Source: Dimorphilus gyrociliatus
Taxonomy: Eukaryota; Animalia; Annelida
Direction: 5' to 3'
Assembly (NCBI GenBank): GCA_904063045.1
Contig: CAJFCJ010000020.1
Span: 1,604,916 to 1,668,915, forward strand
DNA length: 64,000 nt
The position numbers and the translations under genes were made by a program. Each line of letters begins with the position of its first letter. Position 1 is the first letter of the stretch. The notes beneath the pieces are model-generated. The model made no database searches. It saw only the letters and a list, made by a program, of their open reading frames with translations, and had not been told where the DNA came from. Shown piece by piece: positions 38,980-53,400 of this stretch.

Positions 38980-39525
38980 CGCCACGATGGATGGTATAGA
39001 TATTTTCGAAATATGTTGAATATATTCAATTCGACACTGATAATTTTAAGATGATCCCGACTTTTTATAGTCAGTATCATGGCTAAAATTATTGTCAGCT
39101 GTTCAAGTACACGAAAACAATAAGACAAATGGAGTCCTTATTCAATAAATAAGGATCTATAACCTTATGACTGATAATATATGCGTCACTGTGACTATGG
39201 GGTTATTGTATCTTGCCTGCAGAGCACATTCAATTTCGTAATTTCCATAGTTTTTTACAAAAATAAATCATGTGAATGTAAGTATGGCTTTGCTTATCAA
39301 GTTAAACTATCAAATTAATTATAATATATTTATTTTAATATAATTATCAACAAAGCGTTTTTAAATTTGTATAAGAAGTCTTTTTTTAAAAAACGCTTAT
39401 TGTTTTTCTGCCGGAAAATTCTCACGGACGGACAATTCTCGTATTAATATTAAAGATCTAAAATAATTGGCAATAACGACAAGTGATAATCGATATAAAA
39501 AAATTATTATCTATGTTGTCACTGT

Positions 39526-40752
39526 TTAACTCAAGTCTATAATTTGAACTGACAACTTATTATTTACAACAATATGCTGGCAATCTTCGAATAGAGGATC
39601 ACTTCCGGGATGTTCGTGGAAGCCCGCTTTTGTGCATTGCCTTACTGTATTCATACCCGAAGAAGTAAGAGCTAAATATCTGGCATTCTCTGTCTTGCCA
39701 GACCAGACAATTGCAATATATTCAGCTAACATTTGCTGATTTGGAAAAGTTGTATGCAAGTCTACAGAGCTTAGAAATGCGGTTTGAGTTGGATGAGTAT
39801 GAATCCAACCAATCTGCAGGAGATCTTTACTACTCATGGCTTCCCAGATTTCATCCTCATTTATTGCAGCACAAGAGTCTGGTGTTCCTTCCTGACTTGG
39901 TATTATTAAGTGGGTTGCATGAAACGCATTATTGCTAAGTTTTCCACCAATAAAGGAGCAAAATTCTATTCCTTTTTTTGTACATTCTTTGGATAAGGAA
40001 ACAAATTTATCAACCAAATCTCCAGGAACAAAAATTTGCTTGAGATGACTGCCGCGATTCGAAGAAATATGAACTGGTTTTAATGCCCTATCAAAGTGAG
40101 GAGTTGGATCTGTTAAGAATTCTTGCCTCTTCATTTCTTCTTGCTTTTGTCTTTCCTTCTCTAATCTCTCTCTTTCAGCTTTTTCCTTGAATCGCCTTAA
40201 ACGTTCCTCCTCCGATTTTCTTTCAGATTCATTACTGGCAGCTTCAGCTTTCCTCTGAAGTTCTAGAACCTTTTCTTCTTGTTCTTGGCGAGCCTTTTCT
40301 TCTTGTCTTTTCGCCTCTTCATCTGCCTTTAATTTTGCGATTAATTCTACTTTCTTTTTTGCATATTCTTTTTCATAAATTTTTATCAAAGTTTTTTTGA
40401 CAACTTCCGCCTTAGTCAAACAAACTTTAGTCAAATCTTTAAGATTTTCAATATCATTCTGCTGTAATGATTTAAATTGACTATGCTTTGGTAGCTTTTC
40501 GATAAATAGAGTTAAAAATTTGTTGTAAAGTACAAAGGCACTATAGTAGTCTTTTTCCTTATCGTATTCTGACGCCATGCGAGACATTTCTTTTAACGTC
40601 CTCAAGTAGCGCCTGACTGGGATCGTGTTGTCAATGCTTATTTGACTAGCCTTATTACTTATAGCTAAAACTCGTTGCTGAGGCGTTTCACCAAGACTTT
40701 GTTCCATAATACTGTATGAACACAAACTATCATAATTGTGATTCATTGTCAC
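39526..40752 (-). CDS. STAMBP: STAM-binding protein / AMSH K63 deubiquitinase, intronless
   Basis: N-terminal MIT-like region (IPVRRYLRT), SH3-binding motif PHFDRALKP, JAMM motif GWIHTHPTQTAFLSSVDLHT, second Zn site CTKAGFHEH. The start may be the Met of MEQSLG. Confidence 0.95.
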   Translation of the reverse strand: MTMNHNYDSLCSYSIMEQSLGETPQQRVLAISNKASQISIDNTIPVRRYLRTLKEMSRMASEYDKEKDYYSAFVLYNKFLTLFIEKLPKHSQFKSLQQNDIENLKDLTKVCLTKAEVVKKTLIKIYEKEYAKKKVELIAKLKADEEAKRQEEKARQEQEEKVLELQRKAEAASNESERKSEEERLRRFKEKAERERLEKERQKQEEMKRQEFLTDPTPHFDRALKPVHISSNRGSHLKQIFVPGDLVDKFVSLSKECTKKGIEFCSFIGGKLSNNAFHATHLIIPSQEGTPDSCAAINEDEIWEAMSSKDLLQIGWIHTHPTQTAFLSSVDLHTTFPNQQMLAEYIAIVWSGKTENARYLALTSSGMNTVRQCTKAGFHEHPGSDPLFEDCQHIVVNNKLSVQIIDLS

Positions 40753-41912
40753 AAAACATCTTATTACTAAACCTTACCAGATGTTTATCACTAAACCAAA
40801 CTTACGAAACAGTTCTATGAAATAACGATCTCACTTGATTTTCCTAAAAGAAAGCTTTGCAACAACAGATTCTTTAGCTTTAATCAAATTTCTATCGCAC
40901 GAATCGAAAGAACCTTTTAAATTGAGAGTAGGACCGCACTTTTTCAGCACTAAATATTTTATAATTACAAAAAAAAAGAGAGACAAAAATGATAAGTAAT
41001 AAATTTAAAAAATAACAACAAAAAAAACATTAACCATAAAATCAAGCCTGTAACAGCTTGTCGACACTACGATTGTTTGTCAACATTTTACAGGGTAGGG
41101 GGCGCACTATTATTCAATAGCAGACTATTTGCATAAGAGTTACAGAATAAAAGTGGTCGACTTGGTTGAAAAAGTCAAATATTACACCCCACTAAGGTAA
41201 AAACTACTAATTAAATTTCTAATGTTCAAATTACAAGTTATTTTGAAAAAAAACTTTTGCGAAATTTTACGTCTTTTTAATAGAAACACGTCAGATGTTA
41301 ATTTTCGTTTGTTTTTCTCATTTATTCAGATGCTGGGATTGAACATATAATCACCTCTAGTTATGCATGGTACGAAGATAATATTTTTTCGCAATATTAA
41401 ACAACCATAATTAATTAATATCTGGTATTGATACTATTTTTTTGTAATATTATTTAATATCAACTTTATAATGAGGATAAAGAAGAATATATGACTTTTT
41501 GTTTCAGTGTCGCTTCAGAACTAAGTAAAAAAATATGACTCAATATCAGGTTTGTACATGCAACCAATTTAGAAATATTCATATTGTACTTAGAATAAAC
41601 TATATTGAGTTTATGCTTAAAACTACTTGTAATCTAAACAGAAAGTGATTTCTCTATAAAGGTTTGTACTTCATACAAAAAAGATCACTATAATTCAGAC
41701 ATTAGGGATAAAATGTGCATGGAAAACGGTGATTTTTCATTAGAGATATATATATATACACTATCTCTTAGTAATCTACGCTAACAAAATACCACTATTA
41801 ACGTTGATTCGACGGTTTATCTTTTATCAATAAATAATGGAATATTAATACCAGTAAAATAATAAAAAATTTTGCTCATTTTTAGATAACATTAACCACA
41901 AACGAAGAATCG

Positions 41913-44900
41913 ATGGAACGTGTAAGAAAGGCGGTCTTCGGTTCTTCAAAAACAAACTACTTTGGGGTACCTCTACACGAAATTACTAGAAGAGAAAATT
42001 CAGATGTTCCAAGGCTGGTTAAGGATACTTGTGAATATTTATTCGAAAATGCTCTCCAAACGGAAGGTCTTTTCCGCATGAACGGTAGCATCAAAGAAAC
42101 GGAGCGATTAAAAAGACAATATGAAAGTCAAAATTGGGCTGATCTAAGAACAGCTAAGGATGCTCATAGTGTTGCATCGCTTTTAAAATTATGGCTACGA
42201 GAATTACCTGATGGATTGTTGAACTACGAACAAACAAAGTTATTTATTCAGATTTATAAGACAAAAACTGATTGCCAAGATTACATATCAAGATCCAAAG
42301 TTGCTCTAAATACTCTACCTAATAACAATTTATTGACAATGCGTTGTATAATTAATCTACTATCGGCTACTGCTAATAACGAAGAAACAAACAAAATGAC
42401 AAAAAAATCATTAGGAATCGTCCTTGGACCATCATTATTCAGGTTAGTAAAATTATTTTTTCTTTTTTGGAGATAATACAAGAATAATAGAACACGTTGT
42501 CTACTTTAGATCAAAAAATTCAATAAAATATACCTACCCGTAGCTTTATGAATTTTTTATTAGATGAACTGACGTATGTTGCAGGGTTTCCTCTGATGTT
42601 GCTGGTCTACGTGATCAAAGTATTACTAATTCGGTTGTAGAAAAATTTATTGAACACGCTCACCAGCTATTTCCGCCATCTACCTCTGACAAAGGTAAAT
42701 CATCTGCTCCTGCAAGACCGCCACCACCAAATTTTCAAGAAAATAGTTCTCCTATCCCTTCTCCAAGAAAGGTATTTTTAGAATACTCTACCTTAACAAT
42801 ATTGTTAATATTCTTGTCTAACCTTTTTTTCTTGTATTAATTTTATTGATAATTCGTATGTCGCGCGAATCATGTTAGAACAGGTCGTGTAGTTTGATCG
42901 CTTGCCAATTTCTGTGTATTATTTTTTCAAAAAAGCTCTTATCTCTTATAAATTGGATTTGTTATAAAATATTTATTAATTCTAACAAATTTAACGACAG
43001 TCAAAGAATGTTAAGATGACAAAGACGGAGGATATTGTAAAATTTGGTTCTTTAAGCGACGACGAAAGTATTCACAGTTTATCGCCATTATGTTTAGAAA
43101 GGTATCTTATTAAATTATGATCCATTCGTTAATTATAGACATTTATATGAAATATACATACAGTATATACATATATAAATGTACTAAATAATTGTTGAAT
43201 ATAGCATACTAATTTAATTTCTATCTCTTTGATACTATCTAGTGATCGAAGTGAGATTTCACCCTCTCCAGTGATATTTAATAACACGAAAATTAGCGAG
43301 TATGCATACTTTTGTAGATAAATTTGATAAGAGAATTGATATACTATAAGAGTAAATACTTTGAGTTATTTTATTATTGATAGACCAGTTGAACGAATTA
43401 TCGGTCAAATTGTTGCTGACGAATTATTTGGACATGGCCAGTCGGAAGCAAAGTCACCGATTGCTGCTCCTCGTAGGAAGCAACGAAATCACCCGGAAGT
43501 AATTGAAAGCACTCAGGAATCGACTGGTCTCGATTCTCTTCCGGATACACCTTTACTTGATTGCTACAAAAGAGCACCGGGTCCTAAAAATCGGAGACTG
43601 CCCTCTAGGCACAACTCGAACACCGATTATTTTGTCTCTAAACCTAAAATAGCATTCGATGTCAAATCAGATACTAATGATAATGAATATTACGTTCCAC
43701 CACTTGACTTATCCAATTTGCACGAAAATGACGAAGTGGAACCAATTTCTCGTGTACCAGTAAAACCGGAAGCCGTCATCATATCCCCAAGGTCAAACGT
43801 TGTTCAATTACGTAATCTAGACACAGAAATACCTCCTTCGCCCCCCTTGGAACCTCATAGCGTTTATGCGACAAAAGCTGAAGAGGAGCAGTTGAACAAC
43901 ATAAAGTCATTGACAAAAAAACTGAATTGTAAGTATATAAGGACGCAAAGAGCAATTTCTAACGATAATGAAAATATACCTATTTTTTAAATAGCGGCTA
44001 AGAGGAAGATGAAACAATTCGAAAAATCATTTGAAGAAGATCATAATTATAGGGTACGATTGGGTCATTAAGTGTGTAATCTATTTTTTTAGTTCTATAA
44101 ACCTTCTCTTTTTGTTTTCCAGCCATCAGAACAAGACAAGCGCACATTTCCTGAAATATCTAATCTACTTGAAGAAATAGCAGTCTTAAAGAAGGAACTT
44201 AAAAGTGAGTCGTCATCCTTGGCGATAACGACCTCGGCTAAAAAAAACGATACCATTTTTAATTTTACTTTAACGGAGGATTGCAGAGTTCAAACAGCAC
44301 CTGTTTATAAAGGTTTCTTTTGTGAGCGTACTATAAACGGTGTTGGATTTAGATTAATTACACTCCTTTTCAAGCTATTTTCTCTCCTATTCATTCCGTA
44401 AACCTTATAATTCTCACTATTCATATCCGTCCTTCATTATGCTTTTATTAGTTGTTAATACTTCTTTTATCCTACTCATTACTTTCTTTTCTTAGAAGCA
44501 AAAGAAGAGAGACAAACCAAATCGGAGAATCATTGTACTATGGAAGAAATGGTTAATTCCTTACAAAAGAAATTAGCTTGGCGACGTAATGCCGCTGGTC
44601 GAACGTCTGACTTGAACTCTATGACCTTTCAAGAGGTTAAATTTTTTGTCGTAAACTATATAATGATAAATGACCACTAGATATAATAGATATAATACTA
44701 TATATTAGTTATTATATTCTTATATAAACATGAGATATAGTTTACTATATCCGTATAAAAAATGTATTGTATTTATTTATGTTTATTGATATTTACTGTT
44801 TTCATATAGATTTGACTTTTTATCCTAATTTATGATTCAATTGCACATACAGATTGGAGAAGAAAAAGTTCTAGTACAGAAAGCTCTTTTGCAGCTTGAG

Positions 44901-45365
44901 AATAAATTTGGTCGGCCTACTTCAAAATCTGAAAAGGATGTTGTTAGACCCCTCTATCATCATTATCGGTCTGTTAAGAGGGCGTTACAGAATTATCAAA
45001 TTCTCGAATCCCTACCAGAACATGGTGAATTGGATCATTCCTCAACTATAAATCTTAACAGAACGTCATCATTGGATTATGAGGATATGAACGTTACTCA
45101 ATTAATTCCAACGACTAATGACAGCCAATTACACGAACTGTCTTTAACTGAACTAGCAACGGAGAGAAACAAATTACTAGCTGTTAAGAAAGAATTACGG
45201 AAATTAATGAAAAAACAATTTCCACCTCCTGACGCCCAAATAAGATATAAGCAAACTAAACATAGATTGAAATTAATAGACGCTCTGTTAGCAAAACATA
45301 CGCCTGAATCCGGTGACGACGGTTATATCCGTCCGACGAACTGCAGTTATTCAAAAAAGAAATAA
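41913..45365 (+). CDS. FAM13A: FAM13 family protein with N-terminal RhoGAP domain
   Basis: RhoGAP with arginine finger (EGLFRMNGS). FAM13 C-terminal motif EEKVLVQKALLQLENKFGRPTSKSEKDVVRPLYHHYRSVK. Exons approximately 41913-42442, 42585-42771, 43001-43101, 43243-43299, 43384-43928, 43996-44053, 44122-44204, 44496-44635 and 44853-45365. Confidence 0.88.
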
Positions 45366-45575
45366 GTGTATAATTTATGAATATCTAATATTTTTTTTTG
45401 TTCTTTTTCATTTTGTTTTGAATAGTATAAAGATAAATACTGTGCATGTAGATAAACCCAGACAAACTGACACTTTCGCATACTACAGACATTTACAAGC
45501 ATATATATATTTGCTTATACACCTTGATTTACATAACATTTAAATATAAGTCAGCGTGTATGTGTATATATACTG

Positions 45576-45577
<2 letters not shown>

Positions 45578-45607
<30 letters not shown>

Positions 45608-45622
45608 TGTGTGTGTGTGTGT
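45578..45622. repeat. Compound (TATG)8(TG)n microsatellite between convergent genes
   Basis: Read directly. Confidence 0.9.
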
Positions 45623-46166
45623 TTGTATGAGTGTGCGTGCGCGAAGTGCATTTGCCTGCATTTTTCTGTATATAATTTCGAAAGGAAGCGAATTAAAAAG
45701 CGAGTAAGTGAGTTAGAAAAGAGATAAAGGAAAAGCAAAGTGAACGATTAAAATAACATAGAAATATATATAGTCTATTCGAGCAATGACTTGTTTTACG
45801 CACGCTACGAGTAATTTATTATTTATGTTCTTCTCTTCTTTGTTTTCTTTTTTATCGATTAACAGAATTGAGGCTAAATGTAACTAGATGGAACTAGCGT
45901 AAAGAATTTGAATACAAAATGTAAGCCTAGTCGAAATCTATATCGGTTGAGCAAGCATAAATACGGAATATAGGCTTAAACGATTCGTCCAGGCAAACTA
46001 ATCAATCAAAAGTTCATCCGCTTCAACGCTAGTGCACATTTTTTTTATACAAAGACGTAATAGTACCTAAGTCGAAGGCTTTTATCTTGTGGTTAATTGA
46101 AATTTTTATTGATTTATGAAATTTATCATTTAGGAAATATAAAAATAAAATATAATAAGAAATAGT

Positions 46167-47321
<1,155 letters not shown>

Positions 47322-47367
47322 TTAACGTTTACAATCTAAACGATAAATAGGCAAGCGACTGTCCACC

Positions 47368-47482
47368 TTTATATATAATCTGTAAGATAAAGGCGTTTCT
47401 ATAGCTCCTCCTAACTTTACTAAATATGGTCAAAATAGTTTATCTAATCACAACTCGAGAGTTTTATATTCTCCATATTTGG
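47368..47482 (-). promoter_or_regulatory. Actin promoter: TATA box (47368-47375), CArG-like CCATATTTAG (47420-47429) and perfect CArG box CCATATTTGG (47473-47482)
   Basis: TATATAAA on the minus strand lies about 70 nt upstream of the ATG. CC(A/T)6GG is the SRF element typical of actin promoters. Confidence 0.75.
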
Positions 47483-47671
47483 TTAAAAATTTTGTAATCA
47501 GAGTTTAAGCGTTATTACTCATGATTTAGGCCTACAATCATTCATCCGATACCTGGTCTATTGCGCGTTTGATTGTCACTATAATTTACGTGTTAGGAAA
47601 AATTCAGCAAGATTAAAGAGAGTTTATTTTGTTTTCTATATAAGCAAATGAGCACCAACATATTAATAGAA

Positions 47672-48520
47672 TCAAACGTCGATAGTTCCTTTGAGAACGA
47701 TGGCGGCTTTACCGGCGACGTCCAAGCGTCCATTGGGCTCAATGGCAAGCAATAAATCGCCTCCCCTGGGTGACGACTGTCTGGCTTTAAGTCGATCTGT
47801 TTTCAATTCTCTACTCCAATAGGATGCTAGTACAGTGTGAGCCGCTCCCGTTACTGGATCTTCTGGTATACCTTTCCAGGGAGCAAAGTAACGTGAAATA
47901 AAATCGTATGGATTGCCGGAAGAAAGTAGCGTTATAATTAAGCCGGAAACTTGGCCAGTTTGGTCGCTACCTTCAACTTTAACAGTGTCAACTTTCAAGT
48001 TGCGCAGGCGCTCGCTATCAATATTGTCAGCTAAACGAACCAACAGTTTACCCGTTTTACTAGAAAAATGTGTTGAATGAATTGTTTTTAAAAGATCAGG
48101 GGGTAGGGCTGCCTCTAATAATGTTTGATACTTTGAGGGGTCTTCTTCAACAGGGGGATTTAATGGTAAATTAATATGGAAGTATTCTCCATCGTATATA
48201 GCAGTTAAAGGGCCACTTCTTGTCTTAAAAGTAAGTTTTTTATTCTTATTACCGATGCCGTGTAGTAATGCAGCTGTTGTTGCTAATGTAGCGTGACCAC
48301 ACAAGTCAACTTCCATTTTGGGCGTAAACCAACGTAAATCAAACTGATCTTGTCCATCGAAATCGTTTCCGAAGACAAAGGCAGTTTCCGACAAGTTCAT
48401 CTCTTGGGCTATTTTCTGCATTAATTCTTCACTCAATTCTTCTCTTTCTACTAAGCAAACGGCTGCTGGATTGCCCCCAAAGGCTTTTTCAGTAAATGCG
48501 TCGACAATCATCAACTTCAT
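47672..48520 (-). CDS. PBLD: Phenazine biosynthesis-like domain protein (PhzF/PBLD family), intronless
   Basis: IVDAFTEKAFGGNPAAV, EMNLSETAF, LRWFTPKMEVDLCGHATLA, SRYFAPWKGIPEDPVTGAAH. Likely start is ATG 48520. Confidence 0.93.
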   Translation of the reverse strand: MKLMIVDAFTEKAFGGNPAAVCLVEREELSEELMQKIAQEMNLSETAFVFGNDFDGQDQFDLRWFTPKMEVDLCGHATLATTAALLHGIGNKNKKLTFKTRSGPLTAIYDGEYFHINLPLNPPVEEDPSKYQTLLEAALPPDLLKTIHSTHFSSKTGKLLVRLADNIDSERLRNLKVDTVKVEGSDQTGQVSGLIITLLSSGNPYDFISRYFAPWKGIPEDPVTGAAHTVLASYWSRELKTDRLKARQSSPRGGDLLLAIEPNGRLDVAGKAAIVLKGTIDV

Positions 48521-50479
48521 GGTAGATTTTAGAAAGGAAAGAGGAAAAGAAGGCGGATCAGATTGCGCCACCAATAGGTGTCGTTGGACTAGCTGCAATG
48601 CAGAAGTGTACCAATTCTACACTAAGACAATGAATGTACTAAAACTAGACATCTTCGTACGAAAACAAATTTCGTCGGCTCAGATAGAATTTCAGTTCAA
48701 TAGCAAAAAAATGTTTCAATCAGTTAGGTTTGAAAATGAGAATATTGACATGCAGAGAAAGAGAGCGAGAGAGAGAGAGAGAGAAAGAGAGAAAGTGTGT
48801 AGAGAGTTGAAAAAAAATGAACATCTGTTATTATCACAACGTTTAGTTTTAATAATTTTTTTTTTAGTTTCTCTTGTAACAAAAAGAGAAAATTAGGTTA
48901 ATAGAGATAGAGATTTTACACAAGTATTTGTATAGTTGTTGACAAAAATTATATTTATAGCATTGCAGTATATATATATAAATCATACATATACTGTATT
49001 GACGTTTATAAATTTTATATATAAAATATAATACAAGAGAATATAGTTGAAAAGGATAATGGCATATCTTAAGAATTACGAAATTTATCGATATACATGT
49101 ATATTGTTTGATCGATTTTCATATTTTATAATTTTTTATTCCATATGTGATGATGCGTTCTATAATTACTAAACAATATTTACATAGGTATTTTATAAGG
49201 CTTTCTTTTGCAGTTGGAGATCGAATTTCTTATTCAAGGCGACTATTTAACCACTTGTAATATATATTGAGGATAATACGGTATACTCTACTGCAATGTG
49301 TATTTTATACAATTTCCACACTGTACCCAAAATTTCTGATGCAAATGATGAAAGTTATTTTTATTTGTATGAGATTTTTGCACCTAAAATTATAAACTGC
49401 AGTAGAGAAAATGTTTTATACTCAAGAATACAATAGGCAGAAATGATTGCAGAAAAGTATCAAATTGTTTCAATCTAATTGAGGTTTTAGAAGCCTAATT
49501 GAACTCGTCTGTGTGCGTTTATTAATTTTCATTTTTAATATATAGTCAGAATTATTTTCGAAAATTCGCCTGTTTTTAGTCATTGAAATATTCAATTATA
49601 CACTTATATATGCTTCAAACGTTACACCTTTTTTTTTTAATTTATTCAACTGCAGCAGAGCATCAACGTACAACCTTTTAGAAAGTTGCTTCATACATAT
49701 TAAATAAGTTATTCTTTACTTGTTATTAAGGGCAAGCGAGAGGAATAAAATACACATTAATCATAAAAGATCGACATAATTGCTGGCTATGGCAAGAATT
49801 TTATTTGTCTGGAGATAAGTGCAATTCTTATCTGTATCGTTAAACTAACAAAGTTAATCTAACCCAGAAATTCTATAACTAATAAGGAATTTTAGTTACA
49901 TAATTAGGGTCAAGAATACCCGTAAACCGTCTGACCCTTGAAAAAGATCAGTATATTATTATTTTAACAATTTAAAAATTTATTTTTGTAGTATTTTGTA
50001 ATAGCACAAAAAGTATCATTTTATCATTAAAAGACTGAATCGAAATTAACATGCAAGTTTTTTTTTGTAGTAATAAATGTAGGACGACACAGATACTGTA
50101 GATTTAGATTTAAAAAAAAAATCATTACGAGGACGAAACGGATTAGTCTGGAAGAGAATTCGTCCGCGTCTTACTAAGAGCTGCTTTATAATTTTCTTAC
50201 ATATACACATATATAAAAAAATAGAGGCTAATGAATAAGGTCGAGAAAAACAAGTTTTAAAAGTCGCTTCATTTTTGCATATCGCAAAGAAATCACAAAA
50301 GAATGAGTGTGGACAAACATACGTCGTGACGCGCGCGCATACAAACACAACATTCAAAAATCTCGAAAAGTTTTTTTTCTTTTATACGATTTAACGAAAT
50401 TATAAAAAAAAAATATTTAGAAGAAACAAAACGGAAACTGAAGAAAACTCCTTACATAATTTATTGTTGCTGCTGCTGC

Positions 50480-53400
50480 TCACAACCTGCAGTTTTATAG
50501 TGAGGAGAGAGGGGAGAGAAGAACGGGAAATTTTAAATATTTTTCAGAGGAAAAGATAAGATTTCGAATTCACTACTATACTCCAGCCGTAAGCAGTTAA
50601 AAGAGAATGAGGCACCAGTTCTTAGGGCGCCACACACCAAATCAATCGGTGTTTGGCAGATCTTCACGTCTCTGACTAGAACTTGAATAATGCAGGCTTC
50701 GCAGTTATTTTCGAGCCGGACTGTGGTTAAGGGAAAGAAGGAAATTAAATTAAGCGCTTTAAAGTACAATTTCCACTGCTTACTTACCTTTTAGTTCCAG
50801 CTTTACTACTGCTATTAGACGAATCTTCACGTCTCGGCGGCATGCGTTCGTTCATCTTATCCAAAAACTTGGCTTCCTCAAAACCGGATATCTTATGATT
50901 CGGCGAAAAACCGGATAAGGCCGACTTTAGAGTGTCTTTACCACCCGACAACGCACCAATCGGTAGTAAACCGTTGGGCGTCAGACCTTTCAACTGTAAT
51001 ACGCTTTCGCTCTCCTCGCGTAAAACCTGGAATACTCTAGCCATCTTCCCGATTGCCCTAATCTTGTTACGGATGATCTCCTTACGGGCGACAACTTGAG
51101 AATCTGTAATGTCAACTCAGCTGTCCTTTTAAACAGAATATTCAAAAGCGCGCAGCGTTCAGGTTGGTTCGAAATAACCCCAAATGGTCATGCCAATTTT
51201 AATATATAAAATTAGAAAAATAGCTAGGGCATACTAGATGCATATCGATTTAAATTGTCACCAGAAAGACAATTTATATAGCTTGTGCGATAATGATAGG
51301 GGGGAAGGTAATGATTAAAAAAAAAGCTCCACGCTATAAATTTATCAACTATAAACGTAAAAAAAAAAAATGAATGCGAAATGGTCAAAAAAAAACTTAA
51401 TTAAAAAAAAACAAACAGAAAAGCTGCACGATTAGGCAGCGATCGGCAGTAGCAGCAAATTACGCGACATATGACAAGGTATGAATCGCTCATAGCTCTA
51501 GTCAAATTTTTGGTCAAGTATTTTAAGGAAAGTGGAAGATAGCGATAGGTTAACGACAATATATGCATGCAACTTACCATTCTTGGCTCCTGTAAAAAGC
51601 CAACCAATCATGCAGAATAGTCAGAATACGAGACGATATATTTGTGCTGTACGTACATCGACCGCAACTGCTACTGCCACCATGCTTAAGCTTATTAGCT
51701 TTTTTTCTTTAAGTAATTCTTGCACTCTTAAATTCTACATCTACCTGTTGGATCTTCTAACTCAATACTGCTGACACGTGCAGCGCCTTTACTGCCCTTG
51801 CTAAATCGCTCTAACGAACGTTGTATATAAATTATTTCATGAAAAATCTTAGTTCTCATTATTTCTTCTCGTATATAATCTATGTCTATGTTTAAGTTTT
51901 TTTCACTCAGACATCGATAAAAATGTGTTAACAAACACGCACAACGCCGCATTTTCGCATACACGCGTCTAACATTATACGCACCATCGAAATCCTGATC
52001 TTCAATCAGCTCGTCGTCAGAACAAATATTCAAAACATTTACCAACATTTCGGTGACCTTCTCCCCCACAAAAGGTAAGGACCACGTGAAAACGTCCATG
52101 AAATTTGGTAACCAATAAGGATGAGGCGAACAATTGAACTGGCGGATGTTCATCACATTGTTCTCATATTTTAGAATCGCAGCTGTGTACAAATGAATGT
52201 TTAGAAGTTATCATAGTACTAATAAAAATTATTGTATAAAAGTGTAAATGTGCATGAACTATTTAAATTATAAAAATAAAATCACACCTTTATTGTTGTA
52301 TACATCCAAATAATTGGGAGCCGAGAATATGGTAATGAGCGAAGGGAAACCGGTTGTCTGACTCTTGCGGTACATCCTATAGCCCGCATCCTGGGCTTCA
52401 TGCGCCCTTATTATTGACAATAAATTATTTTCCTGCAGAAAGTGACAACAAGCTGCATAGCTATAGAAGTACGAGCAACCGCGCACACTGTTATGTGAGA
52501 AGTGTTCGGCCGACTTTTCGTTTCCGAAATCTTCCAATGGATCAGACCAGAGCAAGTCGCACATTGGGCCATAAGCTGGCGGCTCTTTAAACCTATCCAA
52601 TTTTCTTATATCGTCCAATTTATTAATTTCGGGCGATAAGCCGCCATGTACGCATAAAAATTGCTGATTCATTAGAGCGGCCAATGGCAAACAGTCAAAT
52701 GCCTCCATGCAAGCGTCGTATACGCGTTCAGTATACTTGATTTTGCATTCTTGCTTGAAAGTGAAGTATTCGGTTAGATGCCGACATTCATGATTGCCTC
52801 TAAGCATGAACAACGTGTTCGGATGGATGATCTTTAATGTCCATAAATATAGAACGCACTGTTTGGGTGAAATGTCGACTCAGCAAACTATTATCATCGA
52901 TCGATCGATGCGCAAGACGCCATTGTCACCTACTTACCTCTATACTAAAATAACCTCGGTCTACATAATCTCCTAGAAACAGGTACCTAGTGCTTTGTGG
53001 TGGACCGCCTACTTCAAATAGTTTCATCAAATCGTAGAACTGCCCGTGAATATCGCCACAAACTGCAAAGAATAGGTTAATTTGCAGCTGTAAAAAAAAA
53101 AAAATATAAACAATTCTGCCCCTACCCGTAACCGGTGCATCGATGTCTATCATCGTCTTCTCATTGCGTAACAGCGAGGCGCCCTCGTTAATAATTCGAA
53201 GAGCAACGTCTTCGGTCACTCGTCCTTCCAGAACGAAATGGTGTTTGAGCACATCGGGTTTCGGTTTGTTCGTTCGACTATCATAAACTTCGTTCATAGT
53301 AAGTCGGTAAGTTGGTGGGAACGGAACGCCTGTTGACGAAAATAAAAAATTCTATAGATCTTTATAGATCTTTGCGATCCTAATGATCGTACAGTAGACA

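Noticed and set aside
47672-48520. Intronless PhzF-like gene as a possible bacterial horizontal transfer
   Set aside because: PBLD is a normal animal gene, composition matches neighbours, and many neighbouring genes are also intronless.
50129-50139. GAGGACGAAAC, identical to the 3' half of a viroid-type hammerhead core
   Set aside because: The required upstream CUGAUGA box and complementary stem II are absent.
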